Below are positions 44,961 through 61,793 of a DNA stretch of 64,000 bases, in pieces. Both the position numbers and the translations under genes were made by a program. Source of the stretch: the human T2T-CHM13v2.0 reference genome, Homo sapiens. The notes beneath the pieces were generated by a model that saw only the letters and a list, made by a program, of their open reading frames with translations, did not search any database and had not been told where the DNA came from. The DNA lies in assembly GCF_009914755.1 (NCBI RefSeq), contig NC_060932.1; one strand, 5' to 3'. Position 1 is the stretch's first letter, and each line of letters opens with the position of its first letter.

Positions 44961-45072
44961 GAGGGTTCCATAAACTTTTGCTTTATTGGAGAATTTGTCC
45001 TCATAGGATTCATTCTATAAGTGGCTAGTTACAGTGCCCTTAGAATAAGAGTCAAAAGAGTGAGGGGACTCT

Positions 45073-45109
45073 GTGCTCACTTTGGCAGCACATATACTAA
45101 AAAAAAAAA
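45073..45109 (+). pseudogene. U6 snRNA 5'-end retropseudogene (nt 1-30), 3'-truncated
   Basis: GTGCTCACTTTGGCAGCACATATACTAAAA versus U6 GTGCTCGCTTCGGCAGCACATATACTAAAA, two CpG-type changes. 17-bp TSD AAAAGA(G/T)TGAGGGGACT at 45054-45070 and 45106-45122. Confidence 0.93.
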
Positions 45110-48100
45110 GATTGAGGGGACTTAATATGCTTGCACATACATACAATATTTGCACAGATGTAGTCAATGCCTTTTTTTTCCAACTTAAATTTTCTCTTTG
45201 GAGGCTCCTGCCACCTAATGGTCAAATTGCATCACTGCAAAGCACCAAGCGCAGGCCTTGCACAACCTGGTAGGATTCTTTCCTGGGTCAAAATTGCTCA
45301 AAGACATACGAATATCTTTCTACACAAAGTTCACATGCCCAAGTGGTAGAAGAGTTAGTTTGAGTGTGACCTTCTAAGTCTGTTGAGAAGAGCTTATTGC
45401 GTTCTTGTCATCAGGAAAACTAGATTTGGGTTTTGTCTTTGCCCTTAGCCTGACGTTGAGAAGCTTAACCATTCTAGGTTCACATACCTAATGTAGAGGT
45501 TGAGCAAATCAAGATAATGTCTTATTTCCTTCCAAACTGTGTTGAAAAGAAAATATTGGTGGACTTAGGTAGGTTGCTGTATATTGCTTTACTCCCTATT
45601 ACACCTTGAGAAAACTATGCAAGAAAGGAAACATATATCTTTTTGATGAATACCATAATATCTTAAACACACAAGTTGAAAGCTTACTAAGATAGTGGTC
45701 TATTTGAACTTAGAGTCAGTTTAGACCATCATAATACAGCTGATTGCGCACAACTTCATTGGATCAATATAATGATTAGTATAGCATATATTTTAAAAAT
45801 ATATTTATGCTATGTATAAATTGTGGCAATAAAAGTGACAAATACCAAAAATAAAAATCTTCCAGTGTATTGTCTATTGTCTTTGGAGCTAAGGTTGTTT
45901 TGTTTGTGTTTTTTTATAGTGTCTTCTGAATCTGGAATGTGGCATGACCTTCTTTTCTACCCTGTTCTCCTAAAATTGTCATGGATTTATAGCATGGTGG
46001 TAGGCTAGTGGGTAGGAAAGGGGCTGACATCTAAGAGCCCTCTGTATACTGAACACTGTGAGTGTTTTCAGGTATGCCTTCTCCCTTTGCCTCCCAGTAC
46101 CCTGATAAGAAAGCATTTGTCTTTGTTTTTACATAGGAGGAAATGAAAACACAGCCATCAGGTGACTCAACCAGTTAATACGGTGAATAGGGAAAGAGCT
46201 GGGATTTGAACTACAGATAGGGTAGAATGTCCTTATGGGATTTTAACTGTTGTACCATGGTCAGACTCAACAGGTAGTATTTAATATCAGAAGTTAAAAA
46301 GGACCTGGCACATAAATGCTCAAATATTACAACTCAGCTCCCCAAGGTGCATGTATAAGAATTGCGCGTGCCTAGTCATACTCACTCGGCTAAGCTAGGA
46401 GAAGGCAGTGGTCACCAGGGCTTGACCAGTATCTGCCTCTGAACCTGATTAGAGTTGACCCCAGCTCTGATGTTAGGATGGTAAACACTGTAGACATAAG
46501 TTAGGAGGTGACTGGGGCTTCACCAGTCCTTGAAAACACTGTGACACCCAGAACAGTCACAGCAAGTGGGGACAGACACTTTGTTTCGAATATTCAGAGA
46601 CATCTCAGGAGGTAAGTGTGGTCATTGGTCCGTAGCCAGAGGAGGTCAGCTAAAGCGCCTCCCCCAGCCCTCAGATAGCATATTCAATAACACCACTTGA
46701 CTTTATCCTGATCAAAACAGACAGCCAAGCCCACAGGGAAGACAGCAAACCTTAACTCAAGGACACAAAACGACCCAGCAAGGGCAACATGAATGCACTG
46801 GCCCTAGCATTTGTAGTGGCTCTGTCTGGGGGGACATGGGAGAGGCAGTCTGCCTGCACTGTCACTAGCATTTTATTTTAAAATGCGGTGTGGGTGGATG
46901 AAATTGAAATCTACTTGCCACCAGACAGGATGACACTGTTGCAGGGCATGAATCAGGTTATCTGAAGGTTGTGATGGATTAGGAAAGGCTCTCTCCTGCT
47001 GACAACAGGGTAAGTTCCTGCCAATTCCGCAGTGATCAGAGGAGACAGAGCATTTTTTTTTTTTTTTGGTCTTTTCTTCTCTCTTTTCTGAGCATGGAGG
47101 AGGGAATGAGCAGAGGCAAAGGCAGGCCTTCAAATTCAGTAATCCTTGGCTGTTGCTGGCAGAGTCATTTCCCCACTTCTTTCTTTGCCCTTGCTTCCTC
47201 CTGCTGTGGGGTGGGGGCATGGGGGACAGAAACCGGCCCCCATCTCAGCAGCTGCCCCTGAATAACTGAGGAAGGGGGTGCTCTATTCTATCTCCATTTC
47301 CAGGGATGCCCCAGCTCAAGCTGCTGCTCCAACAGGACAGTCCTACACTACAGGTTTTGATCCAGGCCAAAAGGGGTACGATTGATTCTGCAGTGCTCAG
47401 ATTCTGGATGCAGTATGAGGGGACATCGTTCCTCTGCAGATGTTACGGCTGCTGGTAAGAACCTCCACTATGTCAGGGTGTCAGCCTGGTAGACCCGAGG
47501 AAACAGATTTCAATACGAGTGGATCCTGGCTTCAAAATAAATAGTGAGACCCTCCCAGCCCACGCCCTTCCTCCATGTGCCTAAGAATAGCTGAAAAGCC
47601 TTCCCCAGGAGACCAACCTTTGAACCCATACTAAAGTGGAGGCTTCAAGCTATGATGAAATTCTTAACCTTTGTTTTTTTTTCCTCTTTTTTCTGTCGTT
47701 TAAAGAAGCCTATGAACCCCATCTCAAAATAATGTTCTAAATTCCATAAAAGAAAATAATAGGAAGTAAATTGTATTGCAAAGTCCTCTAAGAATCTTTG
47801 GTTTAAAATATAATTATGATCTAATAACTTCGGAAGTAAATTCTGTCTCCCCAGTAAGATTATAATACATTTTCAGTTCAGCTAAACCTCCCCTCACCTC
47901 TTTTTTTCCTTAAAACTCCCCTTTCAAAGAGTCCTTCCAGACCTCTCCCTCAAGTACAGTGCCTAACGTAGTTTTTGAGTTCATTAAAGGCATATTTCTC
48001 TTTAATGAGTTATAAATTATAGGTTAAAAAAGGTAACTTAAAATACCTCAGTTTCTCATTGTTCCTTACTCATCCTCTGCTGATGGGGAAAATAAAATTC

Positions 48101-48509
48101 CAGCCCCTTAATTAAATCTGTCAATGTGAATTTTAAAAAAATCAACATGTTTTTATCATTTAGAAATTTGCACTAAGTAATGAGGTTACTCCTGGTTACT
48201 TGTTAGGATTTTTTCAGCCAATGCTCTCTGAGCTCATAGGCTCTGTCCTGAGACCATCTGTAGAATTACCTAAGGTTATTCTGTGCTCAACATTGGAAGA
48301 GCTCACATGCTGAAAAGGACGGAAGCTTGTTGGTGAGGTCACTGCTTACCCCTTACCCTAGCAGAAGGCACAATACAGGGTCCACCCACAAACACATAGA
48401 TGTAAGTTGGCCTTTTGAAGGCATTCGGTGATTTACTGCTTGGTCAGGCCAATTATGAGAGAAGTGTCTTCTACTGAAGGGTTCGCCTGGTGAAAAACCT
48501 CAGCAATTG

Positions 48510-51393
<2,884 letters not shown>

Positions 51394-52037
51394 TCAAATT
51401 ATTTATTGAGCTTGGAAACAGCTATGACAGGTAGAGCGACTCCTAGGTGTCAGACTTTCTTCTAGATATTTGTATTGTTTCAGGTAATTTTCATCACAAC
51501 TCTGTGAGTAGTTACTGTTATTCCCATTTTCCAGGAGAAGTAAGGTTCAGAAGTCAGATTGGGAGAATATTGATTTTTCATTCCCCAGTCTGCTTAGGTC
51601 CAAAGCCCACACACTTCCTTCCTCCCTCCTGACCCTCCACCAATGTCACACAGACAATAAAGAGATCAGCTGTGCAACGCAAGGGGTTGGAGGAGCTTAA
51701 AGGGAGTCCCTGCAACCTCTGCACTCAGCAGAGCATCCTTGTACACGATAAGTACTCAATTGAATGTGTTATTTATTATTATTATTATTAGGTTTATTTT
51801 TCTTCTGTGTTTGAGGAGGTAAAACTGAAAAGGCAGTTTGAGTTCCTTTTATAGGACTGGGAAAGGCTTTTGGAATGCCCAGTTGAGCCTCAGATTTTAT
51901 TCTGAAGTTTATAAGAAGTCATTAGCTGTCTTTTATAGGGAATGACATTAAAAAAGATTAGCCTGGGTGCCACATGGATGGAATGAGAAGGCTGATATTA
52001 CAGACAGCCAGAATCAATTCTATAAGAGTTTTGACTT

Positions 52038-52178
52038 CAGGGCTTCTGCAAATCTCCTGATACACTCAAAATGTAATTGTGTCTATGCACAATTACATTT
52101 TTCTGGGGAAAAAAGGATTCATAAATTTTAATAAAACCTCAAAGGAGTCTATACGCACAATAAAGTTTATGGATCACA
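52038..52178. mobile_element. MER103-like hAT-Charlie remnant
   Basis: CATTTTTCTGGGG...TCATAAATTTTAATAAAACCTCAAAGGAGTC resembles the MER103C core as I remember it. Confidence 0.5.
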
Positions 52179-52466
52179 AGATAAAAGCCCAGACGTAGCT
52201 GACAGTGGTGGGAATACAAAAGCAGGGATCAATTAAAAGATTTCTGGGTAAATTAACAGGATTTAGTGACTGATTACTTGTAGGCAACAAAGGGAAGAAA
52301 TGAACCAAAAATAATAAAAATATTTCAAATTTGACTGTCTCATATTGTTATCGGCAGAAATGAGGAAGAAGGAAAGGAAAGGAAAGGAAGAAAAGAAGGA
52401 AGAAAGAAAAGTCAGGAACCTGTTGAGGTTGTAACGACAAGGAAATATTCAAGAGGAAGCCTTTCA

Positions 52467-53255
52467 GAACCTTCATACACTTGGTGAGAATGTAAATTCG
52501 TACGACCACTATGGAGAACACTTTGGAGCTTCTTCAAAAAACTAAAAATAGAGCTACCATATGGGGCGATCCAGCAATGCTCCCACTGGGTAGAGACCTG
52601 AAAGAAAGGAAATCAGTAGGACAAAGAGATAGCTGCACTCCTGTGTTTGCTGCAGCACTGTTCACTATAGCCAAGATTTGGAAGCAACCTAAGTGTTTAC
52701 CAATAGATGAATGCATATAGAAAATGTGGTACAAATACACAATGGAGTATTATTCAGCCATAAAAAAGAATGAGATCCTGTCATTTGCAACAACATAGAT
52801 GGAGCTAGGGATCATTAAGCTAAGTGAAATAAGCAAGGCAAAGAAAGACAAGCATCACATGTTCTCACTTATTTGTGGGATACAAAAATCAAAACAATTG
52901 AATTCATGAACATAAAGAGTAGAAGGAAGGTTACCAGAGGCTGGGAAGAGTAGTAGCGGGTGAGGGTGAGGTGGGGATGGTTAATGTTAATGGGTACAGA
53001 AAAAAAATAGAATGAATAAGACTTACTATGTGATAGCACGACAGGTTGACTATAGTAATAACTTAATTGCACATTTTAAAATAACCAAAAGAATATAATT
53101 GGATTTTTTGCAACACAAAGGATAAATGCTTGAGGGGGTGTAATTCTCATTCTCCATATGTAATTATTACACATTGCATGCCGGCATCAAAGCATTTCAC
53201 TTACCCAGTAAATATATACACCTACTATGTATCCACAAAATTAAAAATAAAAATT
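52467..53255 (+). mobile_element. L1MA-type 3' end
   Basis: Translation [17 protein letters not shown] matches the ORF2p C-terminus. L1MA-like 3' UTR ending CCACAAAATTAAAAATAAAA. Confidence 0.88.
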
Positions 53256-53576
53256 TTTTTAAAGAATCTTTAAAAATAATGGCAATGACATAATCAAAAT
53301 ACTTCATAAATAATTTAATATTGATTACATGTGGAAATACTATTTTTTATATATTTAGTTAAATAAAAAAAATTCCAACTTCAAAAAAAAAAAAAAGAAA
53401 TCTTTCATTGTAGGGAAAAGTAGAAACAAATCCTGAGGAAGACATAATTTTATTGTCATCTCTGTGGAGATGTTCACTGAGAGTCTTGAAAATGAGATGC
53501 TTTCTGGGTAGAAAGAGACCAGAAGGGTGTATGATCCCAAGGGCTAAGAGAGTTTTGAGATAAAAAGAAATAATCA

Positions 53577-53900
<324 letters not shown>

Positions 53901-54045
53901 TTAAGGAGATTGCTGGCTTTGTGAAATCACCGCCTAGACAACTTGTTGATGAGACAAAGGCAAGTTCACTGGTGAGGGAGAGCACTAGTTTGATAGAGCC
54001 TACATAGCATCTCAGAGGGATGGGGCAAAGTCAGAATATATATGA

Positions 54046-54390
<345 letters not shown>

Positions 54391-54626
54391 TAATGCAGGG
54401 TATTTTTAGGACAGTAGTTACTATATAATCATTAGGATTAGTGGACATCATAAGAAGAGGGTTTTCAGGTGAAGCTTTTTAAGAGACTTGTACAGTAAGC
54501 AGATATCTGATGCTATCTATTAAAAGATGGAACAGTCTGATGTTCATTTAAATGAGCTTTTCAGGAAGTTCCTGAAGTGAATAATAAAGTTATTAGCAAT
54601 TTTCTTCTTATTGGGCAAGAGTTTCC

Positions 54627-55215
54627 AGTAGAGGGGAGAAAAATCTTTTCCCTGTATCCTCTTATATTCCATTTCTGAGGCCTGCTAATTAAACTGATAA
54701 AAGAAAAGACAAGTTAACAGGAGAAAAGGCATACTTTTTTGTTGTTGTTGTTAATATTTTAATCTTTATATGCACAAAGACCTTCACAGAAAAGAAGTGG
54801 AGGCCCAAAAAAGTGGTTATAGCTGGAGGGTTATATACCATTTTAACAAAGGGTAATAAATTGTGGTGAAATGATAAAATGAAGGAAAAGAGGTTTGGGC
54901 TTCTAGGAATAGTAAATGGTAGGAAGGAGGAGCAGTCTAATGAAAAATAAGGGCAATTTTAATAAGGCTTGCATGTACAGACCCTTGTTGGTGCCAAATT
55001 TCTGTCTCCAGGGATAATGGTTGTTTTTCTTCCTCTTGCATGTGAGAGTGGAGGGGGAAGAATTTCACAAAGGGAAATTTATCCCCTACTTCTAGAAAGA
55101 TAGGGGAGGACAGAGAGCGAGCTCCTTGTGTGCTTACTACTTAATTGACTTCAGCTCAAAATAATCTTTATGCCCAAGTGTCATAGTTTGGGATGTTATA
55201 TTCTGATCTACTTCA
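54627..55215 (-). mobile_element. MER34-like ERV1 LTR, apparently nested in an older LTR
   Basis: End TTCAGCTCAAAATAATCTTTATGCC...ATATTCTGATCTACTTCA matches the remembered reverse complement of the MER34-group 5' end. Confidence 0.6.
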
Positions 55216-57100
55216 CTGAAATAGTAAGGCACATCAGTGAAGTCAGCATGAGAATAAAGTCATGTTAGCGAAGATGGCCAAATAATACAGTGATGTTTAC
55301 ATAGGCAACAAGCTGTTGATGTGGATGGTTTTGAGTCTCAGAAGTAACAAATTGCCAGCAAAGCTAGTTAGTGAGAAGCTGTTGATGCTCTTTGAAGCTA
55401 CAGGGATTTGAATTGCTCAAGAATTCACCCAAATTCCTTGTCTCCCTTCACGGCTGCCATACTTTCACTCCTCAACCCCTAAGGTCTGCCCAGATGTAGT
55501 CCAATCTAGTCCTACAGCCAGCAGCGTGCTCTACCATCTAACCTCAGTCCCATACAGAATGGTGCCACCAGATTGTTTTCAGCTCTTCCATCATCGAGGT
55601 CCTAATGTGTCTATTATTTGAACACATTTGCAGTGCTAACTTCAAAACACTCCATCTGAGAATCAAAAGAACAAAATTTTTTCCAGCCTGCTGCAATGCT
55701 TCTCAGGCCAAACATTCACCCCCACCAAAAAAAAAAAAAAAGTAGAAAAGAGGATTTTAAGTCACTACCAAGAGTAAGGAAGAGAAACTCTTCGCTTCCC
55801 ATATTTGGAATACTTGTACGGCTCTGAAGCTTGTGGCAAGGGGGGCAGCTTAGCAGTTTCCTTCTCCCCTCAGCCTTCGCCTTTCCTTCTCTCTGTTTGC
55901 CCACTACTGGTAATTGTAGCAGGAAGCAGCCTGCTCCCAGACAATTTCCTGAAAATAGAACAAGAGGAGCAAAGGATTTATTCCCTGAAACAAGGAATCT
56001 CAGGAATCTTCATTCATCCTCATTATTATTAGATATCTGCATTCCCTCCCAGAGAGAAACAGAATGTTCCCACCCTGAGGTTGAGCAAATATACCACACC
56101 ATCTGTGATTACAGGAATATTTTTTTCTCAGAGGAATTTTTTTCCTCTGAGAATTTTTGTCTGCAGGACACAAGCCCTGCCGTGTTAAAGCTTATTGCAG
56201 ACATAAAGCCCTTACTGCTGTGTGTGGCACTCACCTTTCACGGTGAAGGTCGAGGCAACAATTCAGATATGCACATCTCCATTATGTCAGCTTCCTGATC
56301 TTACTCTTAAGGGTGTCTTGAACGTCTGCGTTAAAAGATTTTATTCTCTGAACCAGTTCCTGCCTTGAAAATGGCTAAGATGATGGAGAATTGTACCATG
56401 AGTCAGCTAAAAAGAATGCAGGGAAGTCAGAGGTTCTGCCGTGGGTTTGGATGCTCTAATGCATGATCTTAGAGCTGAAAAAATAAAGACAAGCTATTCT
56501 CTGAGGGTGGCATCCACATAGTGTTAATATTCACAATGAATACAACTCGCTGGGTCACTTTACGTGTATGGCACATATGAATTGCAGTCCATAACATCAG
56601 TGTGCAGGAAATATCACATTTTCCCCTAAACCAAAAACAGTCTGATGTGATCTGCCATCCATTAGGTCACCGAAAAATTTTATTTCAATTATGACATGGG
56701 TTCCCACTTTACAGTCCATTGTTTGAGAAGGTCCCAAGAGGCTGTAAACAGTACAGGACATTTAGGAAAATGCCCTAGATGTTTTAGATCACACAGGTCA
56801 CTTCTGATTTGTTCTTTGTCCACAATTGTAGACAGATGAAAGACTGAATCCAGCTGTCCAGTTGGGTAAACTATTTAATCTCCCTAAATCTCAATTTTCT
56901 TTTCCACAAAATAATTGTGCCTACCTTGTAGTGAGGATGAAACGAGAGAAGAAAAGGGAAGTACATAGTGGAGTTGCTCAGAGTCTTTTCTTTCCACACT
57001 TCCCCTCATAAACCTTCTGCCTCTAGTCATGCTCCACTTATCTTTCCCTACTTGGTTGCCAGTACTCTTTCTACTGAGGGTGCACAAAAGACAGTTTGGG

Positions 57101-57427
57101 GTTTGTTTTTTTGTTTTGTTTTGTTTTGTTTTTGAGACAGGGTCTCGCCCTCTTGCTCAGGCTGGAGTACAGTGGTAAGATCATGGCTCACTGCAACCTT
57201 GACCTCCTGGGCTCAAGCAATCCTCCCACCTCAGCTGCCTGAGTAGCTAGTACTACAGGCTCATGCCACCACACCTGGCTAATTTTGCCTTTATTTATTT
57301 ATTTATTTGTAGAGATGGGGGTCTCACTATGTTGTCCAGCCTAGTCTCAAACTCCTGGACTCAAACGATCCTCCCACCTCAGCCTCCCCGAGTGCTGGGA
57401 TTACAGGCGTGAGCCACCATGCCCAAT
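57101..57427 (-). mobile_element. AluJ
   Basis: Antisense dimer. AAGACA(G/A)TT flanks. Confidence 0.93.
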
Positions 57428-59813
57428 CAAGACAATTATTAAGGCTTAACTTTGGCCTCAAAAAATTCTGCCATCATTTTCCCTCCTAATCCAGATATTG
57501 GAACTCCACACATCTGTAGCAAATACTGCTATCCAAATACTGGAACTCCACACATCTGTAGTGATGCTGTGAATAATGACAAAGAAAAATTGCCTTAAAA
57601 GCATGGGATGCCTGGGGACTAAAGAAGACTAGGAGGTGTAAGTGACTATGGAGAAGAATCTGTGATTGTTTCTGTCTCCAGGTGATATATCACATGGACT
57701 TCCTTCATCTAGAAAGTGTGGGTCTTCTGCTGGAGCAGACATTTCAGTAAATCACGAAGGCACCATCAGCAGACACAAGCAAGTTATGTAGACAAAGGGC
57801 TTATTTATCTTTATCAAAGCTGGTTACCGTGTTTTCTTTTCTGACACTGTAAGCAGGTTCTTTGACACAAGTGATTTTGCAAACCTAGGAAACAATGAAA
57901 ATGACAAATGAGATGCACCAAAACAGAACCTGGGGGTGTGAAGGGAAGCCCTTTCCATTTCACATCACAACTGTATACACTTCATCTTCTCTTGCACCTA
58001 ACTCTTCCTCTTTTCTCTACAAGGAAATTAATTTTTTGGCAGAGAGCTACAAAAATTTTTCCCATGGAGATTATTAGAAATCTGTCATGCACTGGGCGAA
58101 AACTGACTACCTGGATGCCTGCAACTATTAAATCAGCAGCATTTAATTTCACACTGTTATACTGTTTGCTCATTGCTACATGTGCTCTTTTAATTAGTCT
58201 TAAAGGATCGTGTTTCTTGGAGCTATAAAGTCATATCTGTAGCAACACTCCATAACAGTAGGTGTTCAGCACTTTTTGATGAAGTCCCACATTGGTAAAA
58301 TTGCACATGGAAAGGGGAGACCTATGTAGCACATCTGTGCAAAACCAACAAACAAAAAATCCCATAAAGGCAGGGCAGGAACTCCAGTCTATAGTCTGTT
58401 TAATAGCAGGGACTTTGTCTTCTGTTATCGCCACAGAATCTGGCACAAAGCTGGGTATACAGTAGGTTTTCAATAAATGCTTGCTGAATTGAACCTCCTT
58501 CTACCACAGGTGGCATGGAGACAGAAATGACAATTCAGGTTTGTCATGCCTCCTGGACATTCTGTATTTCTTTTGAAAATTGGTCTGAGAAAAACAATTC
58601 ATTTGCTGCAAAAGACAATATGTCAAAATTTCCACTTTGAACTCTAAAGAAAAAAAATTATCAAATAATGTAAATAAATTATTTCAATAAGCATAATAAT
58701 AGCTTCAGGAAGGTAAATCACAGCTAATGTGTTCATTGTTTACAAGGAAGATAGCAATAAGAAAGCAGCGTAATAATAAACACAAAATAAAAACACCCCA
58801 TCAGCATCTTAACCAGCAAACCACAGCTGTTCTGAGTGCATTCAGCATCCAGGGTTGTCATGTCCTCACATGTTTCTCACTCCTCCTGATTCATATGCCC
58901 AGTGATTAGTTAAGATATAAATTCAGTGGTTATAACAAAGTCTCCACAATTTAAAAATGGCTTAGACCAGATTAAGGTTCATTTCTCTTCTATCTAAAAC
59001 ACCATGTAGGCACTTCAGGGTAGATGCGGTGGCTCTACAATCTTGAGGGTCCCAGACTACTTCTATCATATTTCTCTGCCATTCTCATCTTCAGGTTTCA
59101 TCTCCTATCCCAGTGTGGCTGCTTTGGCTCCTACCGTCACAACTGCATTCCAGCCAACAGAAATAGGAGAGGTGAAGCTTAAAATATGTTGTAACATGGA
59201 GATTTCTCATATTGGTTCCTCCAGAATCCAGTGTTTTTACCTCCTGCAAAGGAGGCTTGAAAGGAAGAATTTTCTGGGCTTTTCTTTGCATTGTTAAAAT
59301 TTGGGAGTGGTATTATCAAAAGAAAAAGATGAGAATGGATACTGGGGAACAATCAGCAGTCTTTGCCGTACTATGCCTACTGTTTAGTAATCTCCCAGGC
59401 TTTTCTGGTGACATAGAGCAGTAATTCTCAAGTTTGTTTAGGAGATAAAATACCCAGGTATCATTAGCTAAACATGAACATGAGATGCTCAATATCAATG
59501 TTTAAAACAAACAGAAAGCCTTCTATGGAACACTAGCCCCACAAGATAGAGTGGAGAAAAACTATGGTGCTGAGGTCAAATATGTTGGGAAAATGTAGCT
59601 CCATTTTTTCCTGGAGATATGTAAGGTACAACTCATTTCATAGACTCTGAGGAACAGTTTAATTTTGTTTAAACCAGTATTCCCCAAACTTATTTGACTG
59701 AAGAGTTTTTTTAGGTAAGCCCTGAATCCCACAGAATTAGTGTGCTCCAAAATACACATTGGAAAAGAGATTTCATTTCATCCTTCAAAGTGGGAAACAT
59801 AATTGCTAACTAC

Positions 59814-60614
59814 TGTAATCGCCCAATGGGTTCACCTTGCCTGCTACCTAGACAGAGCTGATTTATCAAGACAGAAGAAGGGGGAATTGTAGTGGAGAAA
59901 GAATAATTCATGCAGAGCCGGCGGTGAGGGAGACTGGAGTTTTATTATTACTGAAATCGGGGATTGGAGGGGTTTTTTTCTTTGTTGCATTTTTGTTTTT
60001 GTGTTTTTGAGACGGAGTCTCGCTCTGTCCCCCCGCCTGGAGGGGGATCGGAGTTTTTAAGGATAATTTGATGGGTAGGGGCTTGGAAAGTGGGGAGTGC
60101 TGATTAGTTGGGTTGGAGATGGAATCATAGGGGGTTGAAGTGAGGTTTTCTTGCTGTCTTCTCTTCCTGGGTGGGATGGCAGAACTGGTTGAGCCAGATT
60201 ACCTGTCTGGGTGGTGGTGATCCATCCAGTGCAGTGTCTGCAAAATATCCCAAGCACTGATCTTAGGTTTTACAATAGTGATGCTATCCCCAGGAGCAAT
60301 TTGGGAAGGTTTAGAGTCTTGGAGCCAAAGGCTGCAGGACACCTAAACCACAATTTCTAATCTTGTAGTAAATTGGTTTGTCCTGCAAAGGCAGACTGGT
60401 CCCCAGACAAGAAGGGGGTCTTTTCCAGAAAGAGCTGTTATCAATTTTGCTTCAGAGCCAAACCATGAACTGAATTCCTTCCCAAAGTAAGTTCAGCCTA
60501 TGCCCAGAAATGAACAAGGAGAGCTTAAAAGTTAAGAGCAAGATGGAGTCGGTTAGCTCTGATATCTTTCACTGTCATTATTCCCTCAGTTATAATTTTG
60601 CAAAGGCGGTTTCA
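59814..60614 (-). mobile_element. LTR8 (HUERS-P1-type ERV1) solo LTR
   Basis: TGTAATCGCCCAATGGGTTCACCTTGCC...TTATAATTTTGCAAAGGCGGTTTCA. Confidence 0.88.
59973..60042 (-). mobile_element. Extremely 5'-truncated Alu (about 35 nt of body plus tail) inside LTR8
   Basis: TGAGACGGAGTCTCGCTCTGTC. TSD GGGGAT(T/C)GGAG. Confidence 0.85.
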
Positions 60615-60710
60615 CTGTAAGAAGAAGAAAATCACAACTGTAAGCTCTCGTATTCCAAAATAAAACAAGTCCTTGGACTAAGAATAATCAGGTGTTTCTG
60701 ACTCTGTTGT

Positions 60711-60760
60711 TATATGTGTGTGTGTGTGTGTGTGCGCGCGCGCGTGTGTGTGTGTGTGTG
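60711..60760. repeat. (TG)n(CG)5(TG)n alternating purine-pyrimidine tract
   Basis: Directly visible. Confidence 0.97.
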
Positions 60761-61793
60761 GCACTTTCACTCATTTTATCCCACAAGGGTAGCAGGTATA
60801 AAAGGTTTTAGTAACAGTGTAGGAGAATGACTTGCAAAAATTCTTACTGATTAAATTCTACCAGGAATTGGGAAATTTCCTCATTAATGAGTGAATAAAA
60901 CACCTGAGCCCATGTCACAAAATAGTTCATAGGAGAGTAGCTTGAAAATCCATAGGCTTTTAAGCCACAATTTCTGCTTTCAAACGCATGTAACCTATTT
61001 TGGAAGCCATGACTCACCCACAAGATCAGGCACGTTTGAGGATTCTTTTCCCCTCGAGTGCTGGTTCTTCACACTTGTACTGCTTTCCAATTATTATTGA
61101 CTCTTGCCTCTCAAAAGAGTTTAAATAAATAATAGCCATTTTGCTGATCCATTAGATAGGGACAGCAATCTCACACAGTAACACACAGGCTGTCCTACAT
61201 GGCCCCCACTAAGAACTGTAAAGTGTCTGCATGCTCATGTACTAAGACATGGTCTCCTTTTCCCCCTCAATATACCAGCAGTAGCAATAGTTTCAAAATT
61301 TGATCACATGGACCCTGGATCACCCATAGTTTTGAAGATCTATTGGCAACTGTTCCTATTAAATGGTTCTTTCCCTATAAATGGTTAATTTAAGTGAAGA
61401 TTTCCTATTTGCAGGAAACGATTTGGAAGGTAAATGAGTTATTGTGAGGTGGATAACCTGAGTCTCAGTCCATTTGTTTCTTCCTTTTGCCTTTCGTTTT
61501 TGAGTGATCTGATACATAAGTGTGGCTTCAATATTTATCTACACCAATGATGTCAAGTATATTTCTAGCTCAAACTTCCCTTACCTTAACACCAGTTTTC
61601 AATTTAGACACCAAACAAAACTAGTACCACAGCATACCCAGTTCCCCTAACGACAAACTTGAATGTCATCCAAGACACTATCTTCTTTTTTAACAAGCAT
61701 TGTTGATTCTTCCTCCTAAAACTACCAAATACATCCCTTACCCTGAAACTTAACAGATACTCTTCTTCTCTTGTTTGGACTATTACAATAGCT

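Noticed and set aside
45073-45109. Functional U6 gene
   Set aside because: Only 30 nt, CpG-decayed, flanked by a TSD, with no evident U6 promoter.
46600-46620. Strong plus-strand donor GAG|GTAAGT
   Set aside because: I found no convincing partner acceptor or ORF; isolated donor motifs are common.
55831-56298. 155-aa ORF
   Set aside because: Non-ATG start, and no homology or exon structure that I can recognise.
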